DNA of 63,997 nucleotides, filler included, from Ionaspis alba (taxonomy: Eukaryota), in the NCBI GenBank assembly GCA_964255285.1. It is 3 parts of 3 records of this genome, joined end to end, with 100 filler letters (N's around TTAATTAATTAA, not from the genome) between each part and the next. Parts side by side here need not be neighbours in the genome. Positions count along the whole stretch, not along the records: positions 43,001 to 63,997 come from CAXUUL010000232.1; 2 more parts are not named here. One strand, written 5' to 3'. Positions 60,461-63,997 of this stretch are shown in pieces. The notes beneath the pieces were generated by a model. It ran no database searches. It saw nothing but the letters and a program-made list of their open reading frames with translations, and was not told where the DNA came from. Each line of letters opens with the position of its first letter. The first letter of the stretch is position 1. The translations under genes were made by a program, and so were the position numbers.

Positions 60461-62092
60461 TTATGACCGTTTACCCACTTCGACGTCGTCATCATCAATA
60501 TCATCACCCCATTCGTCAGCACCAGTAATCTTTCTGCTCGCCCAAATCGCACATGCAGTAATCAGGACACCACCTAGGAACCATGCCTCGAACCATCCAT
60601 CAACCCAAATCATATCGTTGCCGCCCAAGTTCTTCAGCTGATCACTGACCACTTGGCCAGGCATAATCCCTCTTAGTAGAAGTGAAACACTGATGACATA
60701 GGTGCCACAAACTTGAGCAACAATCAGCGGTAAATTGGCCTGTGTAGCTTTCAAGAGACTCGGAGTAAATCGAGCGAAGAAGTGAAATGTCTGTAGTACA
60801 GAAGAGAATGAAGCACCCAGCATTACGCCGGATAGCAAGAAAGAGATCTGGCGCAACCAAGCGTCTCGATCGAGGTCGGAATCATAGTGTTCGACCAAGA
60901 TGGCAAGGATATTATTGATCGGATCTGATCCGACAAACGACTTCCCTGAAGACGTCAAATAGCGGCGAAGAGCCGTGATCGACGTTGCCATAATCCGATA
61001 GAGACAGTAGGTCGAGAACAAGTACGACCCGACGAGCAATAATCTTCCAGAGAAGGTCTGTGAGCGGTGCTGCTGGTTCATCCTAGTTACAAAAAGGCTG
61101 TGTTGAGACGACAAAGACGCTCTCATATTCTCTAGGCCGGAAATTTCCATTTCAAGGTTCTTTCTCTCTGTCACACTGGCATTACCACGAATCGATCCCA
61201 TGGCTTTTTGTAGAAAGCTCTCGGTTGGAGCATCATCAATCTTGAGCTGCAAAGCACGTAGTCGAGATCTTTTCATCTGAAGCATGTCGTTCGTCGCATC
61301 AAGACCTGCTTGCTTGCGAGCCAGTGCTTCCTCGGTGACTGGTTTTTGCCTGGCGCCGAAGCTCTGCCAGGGGGCACTCGCGCATGCAAAGCCGGACAAA
61401 AGCGCCATCAAAGATATCCCTATAACACCCACATGTTCCACGACAATGTCAATTGGATGATCGCGACTCGTGGTCTGTTGCTCGCGATGATGTTTTGTCA
61501 GAAAAAGCTGTCCGCTCCACCAGAAAGCCAGTATCCAACAACCAAATGCAAATACTTGCAGTATCCATGCAATCTTCAATCGCCCAGATTCTCGTCCTGT
61601 ATATCTCCATCCAGCTGCTGATATGACAGATTGTATTTCCAATGAAGGAATGATTATTATAAGGAAGATGAGTAATACAAAAACAGCGGCTCGAAGGGCA
61701 AGACCTCTTGCAATTGGATCGACAGTGTTTGATATCTCACAGAGAATCAATTCGGCTAGAACAGCAGCCAGAGAGATTGTTGTAGAGAATGCCAACGCAG
61801 AGAAGCGCTTCACAGGTGATATCGAGGCTTCGTGGGTAGACTTTGGTGGTGACGGCGAGCGCGGGCTGAAAAGGGCATGAGAGAGCTTCGCGCCATTTAA
61901 GCCGTTCTGGATCTGCCTGAGTCTCTCATCGCCAGAGAGTAGTGGGAACAATCTTTGAAAGACTATTGTTGCAACTAGAACGAAAGTGACAATGAACGGT
62001 AAACAAGAGAAAATTATGGCCGTTGAAGCCTGCGGACGACGTTGGAGGTACGAAGGGGCACAGTCATTGCATTTGCTCTGCGGTAATACCAT
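60461..62092 (-). CDS. GPR89/GPHR (Golgi pH regulator; ABA-GPCR-like GTG family) membrane protein
   Basis: Multi-TM 543-aa ORF with LILCEI, VGVIGISLMALLSGFA, a central coiled coil, SDPIN and LIVAQ motifs. Confidence 0.85.
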   Translation of the reverse strand: MVLPQSKCNDCAPSYLQRRPQASTAIIFSCLPFIVTFVLVATIVFQRLFPLLSGDERLRQIQNGLNGAKLSHALFSPRSPSPPKSTHEASISPVKRFSALAFSTTISLAAVLAELILCEISNTVDPIARGLALRAAVFVLLIFLIIIIPSLEIQSVISAAGWRYTGRESGRLKIAWILQVFAFGCWILAFWWSGQLFLTKHHREQQTTSRDHPIDIVVEHVGVIGISLMALLSGFACASAPWQSFGARQKPVTEEALARKQAGLDATNDMLQMKRSRLRALQLKIDDAPTESFLQKAMGSIRGNASVTERKNLEMEISGLENMRASLSSQHSLFVTRMNQQHRSQTFSGRLLLVGSYLFSTYCLYRIMATSITALRRYLTSSGKSFVGSDPINNILAILVEHYDSDLDRDAWLRQISFLLSGVMLGASFSSVLQTFHFFARFTPSLLKATQANLPLIVAQVCGTYVISVSLLLRGIMPGQVVSDQLKNLGGNDMIWVDGWFEAWFLGGVLITACAIWASRKITGADEWGDDIDDDDVEVGKRS

Positions 62093-62544
62093 TAGTACAA
62101 GTTGTAGAGGTCAAGTATGAAATGACTCTGATGTCTTGGTCCCATTGACGCGAATGTTGCAAATTAGACGGTATTGGTTATTTGGGTGCTTTGAACGCAC
62201 GGATGGATGTTAAGGGATAAATGATGGAAGCCAAGCGTAGCTGCAGCATGATGTTCTCCTACGGAGCCAAAGGTGTACGCTTTCGGTATACAACCGCTCA
62301 CAAAAGGGTTCCGCCATCTTTTAGCCGGCTGTAATTATCTACCATAAGAGTGCCTTGTGAGTTGATGAACAGGTTGCAATCCGACCGGTCTCAACAATCC
62401 TACTGTCACTAGAGTAACCATGGGTAATGAACCTTGCTTTCCAAAAATCAATGGTTAGAATATATGGGCAAAAGCCGAGCTTGGGCAACGCCTGGCAAGA
62501 CCGCATCTTAAAAAACAAGTTTGACTCTCCTAAGAGTCTTATTA

Positions 62545-63984
62545 TCATGATCCAGTAGCGAGTCCCCTGGACTGCAACCTCTCCACGTCCTCGTCATCAC
62601 TTGCGTCTGGACTATCAAGAGCGTCTGATTCTGGGCTTCTCATCTCTCCCATCATTGTCTCATCAGGGCTTAGCCCACCAGTAGGGCTAGGGCTTTCGGG
62701 TCCACTCGTGTAGTCGCTCCTCGCGCTGACCGTCTGAGTCAAGGGGCCGCCATCCCCAACATCGCCGTCAGATGATCTTCTCAAGCCTCTATAATCAGGA
62801 AAGGCACTTGGCATGCCGATTGCTTTCGCAACAGCCAAAGCTTCGGATTCGTTGTCATCCTCAGCCAGGGAGTCGGTTTCGATTTTATCAAGTACCTGAC
62901 TTCCCTTTGCTCCACTCCTCTCCAATATGTCCATGTAGGCCCTGCGACTCGGGTCCGCACGGCGTTTCCTCTTTTTCTTTTCTCGTTTCGAAGAGGGTCG
63001 AACGACAATGACGGGGACAGGGGAATTCTGGAGGCAATATTTTGAAACAGAGCCAGGGAGAAGGCCTTGAATTCCACCAAGAGATCTGCCGCGGGTACCG
63101 ACTATAAGGCATGCTGGTTCGTAGATAGCAATCTAAACAGACTCAGCTTGGTCGATTTAGTTGCTAGCGCGATAGTGCATACCATGCGCTGAATGGTCTC
63201 CTGCACCTTCCCAACAGCAAATTCTAAGACAAGGCTGATACTCTTCTCATCGTCCTTGTTCTTGGCCTGGATATGCTCGAGCAACTTGTGAGCTTCCTTT
63301 CTGTACTTTCCTTCCTCAAGACTACTGTCACTGTTGATCTTGCTATCCTTATCGACCACTCTCAAACACACCACCTCATCCCCGTCATCAACCAATTCAT
63401 CGAGTAACCATTCGAGCGCAAACTCGGAATAATCATTCTGGTCAGTGCCGCAGAGGAAGGTACGTGAGCGTTTCGTGTAGCTGTAATGTCGGTGCTTGGA
63501 TTTTAGAGTGAATGAGAAGTCGGTTGCGTCCCGATTATCGAAAGTGTCGAAGGACACTCGACTCTCGTATGTACTGGATATGTCAGTCGGTGATCAGTGC
63601 CGTTCCTCGACTCCGAGGTCATGTTGATCTTGACCACACGGTTCCAATCATAGGTGTAGCAGCTTTCTTCACGAAAGCGGGGAACTCTATCAAGAGCGAA
63701 AACATGGAGAAGAAGCTTAGGACTAAGACTTACGAGGGTGGTGGAGGTGATGATATCCTCCTCTGTGGTTTCAGCCTACTCGGCCTGGAATCGTCAGCGT
63801 GCAATGCTGCTTCCGCATGATGCACGGCAAATTGGACCGAAGGACGTCGTTCAGCTGGGTTTGGCAAGGAGATCTTAGGGATATTGGGCTTGATTATTGT
63901 CAGAGATCCATTCGATGTAGCCGTTGGCAGTTGGGTATTGATAGGTTGTGAAAGTAGCAACGGACTGTCGGACGGTGAGGGCAT
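62545..63984 (-). CDS. Universal stress protein (UspA) domain protein
   Basis: RTFLCGTD, ALEWLLDELVDDGDEVVCLRV and LIVGTRGRSLGGIQGLLPGSVSKYCLQNSPVPVIVVR. Introns 63574-63733 and 63133-63182. Confidence 0.9.
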
Positions 63985-63997
63985 TGAATGGCCGGTT

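Overview
Gene-dense eukaryotic DNA from a filamentous ascomycete (Pezizomycotina), judged by short GT-AG introns of about 50-60 nt with CTRAC branch points and by fungal-type orthologues. I can build about 27 intron-containing or single-exon protein genes. Most are housekeeping: PRP5, a mitochondrial HMG-box protein, CCH1, NPR3, SCY1, a branched-chain aminotransferase, SMT3, NUP84, PMC1, YIP1, UBC6, SAM50, GPR89 and a USP-domain protein. There is also a small accessory block (DUF1989, GRE2-like reductase, secreted carboxylesterase). The best candidate for an undescribed system is a single-gene succinyl-CoA ligase alpha-beta fusion (25669-28182, minus strand). It keeps the phospho-His, has an apparently dead ATP-grasp and an internal mitochondrial-presequence-like linker, and its junction intron gives a stand-alone alpha subunit if retained. 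Other notable items are a four-exon CMC4 gene missed by the ORF track, a lipid-anchored SVIP-like VIM protein, a divergent F-box-like / UFD1-ZnF-AZUL gene pair, and calcineurin-related motifs on Cch1 and Pmc1. Five 100-nt scaffold gaps limit synteny claims: two carry an artificial TTAATTAATTAA linker and two are flanked by 55-nt duplications. No tRNA, rRNA, CRISPR array or intact transposon was recognised. Family assignments come from motif recognition by eye, not database searches.
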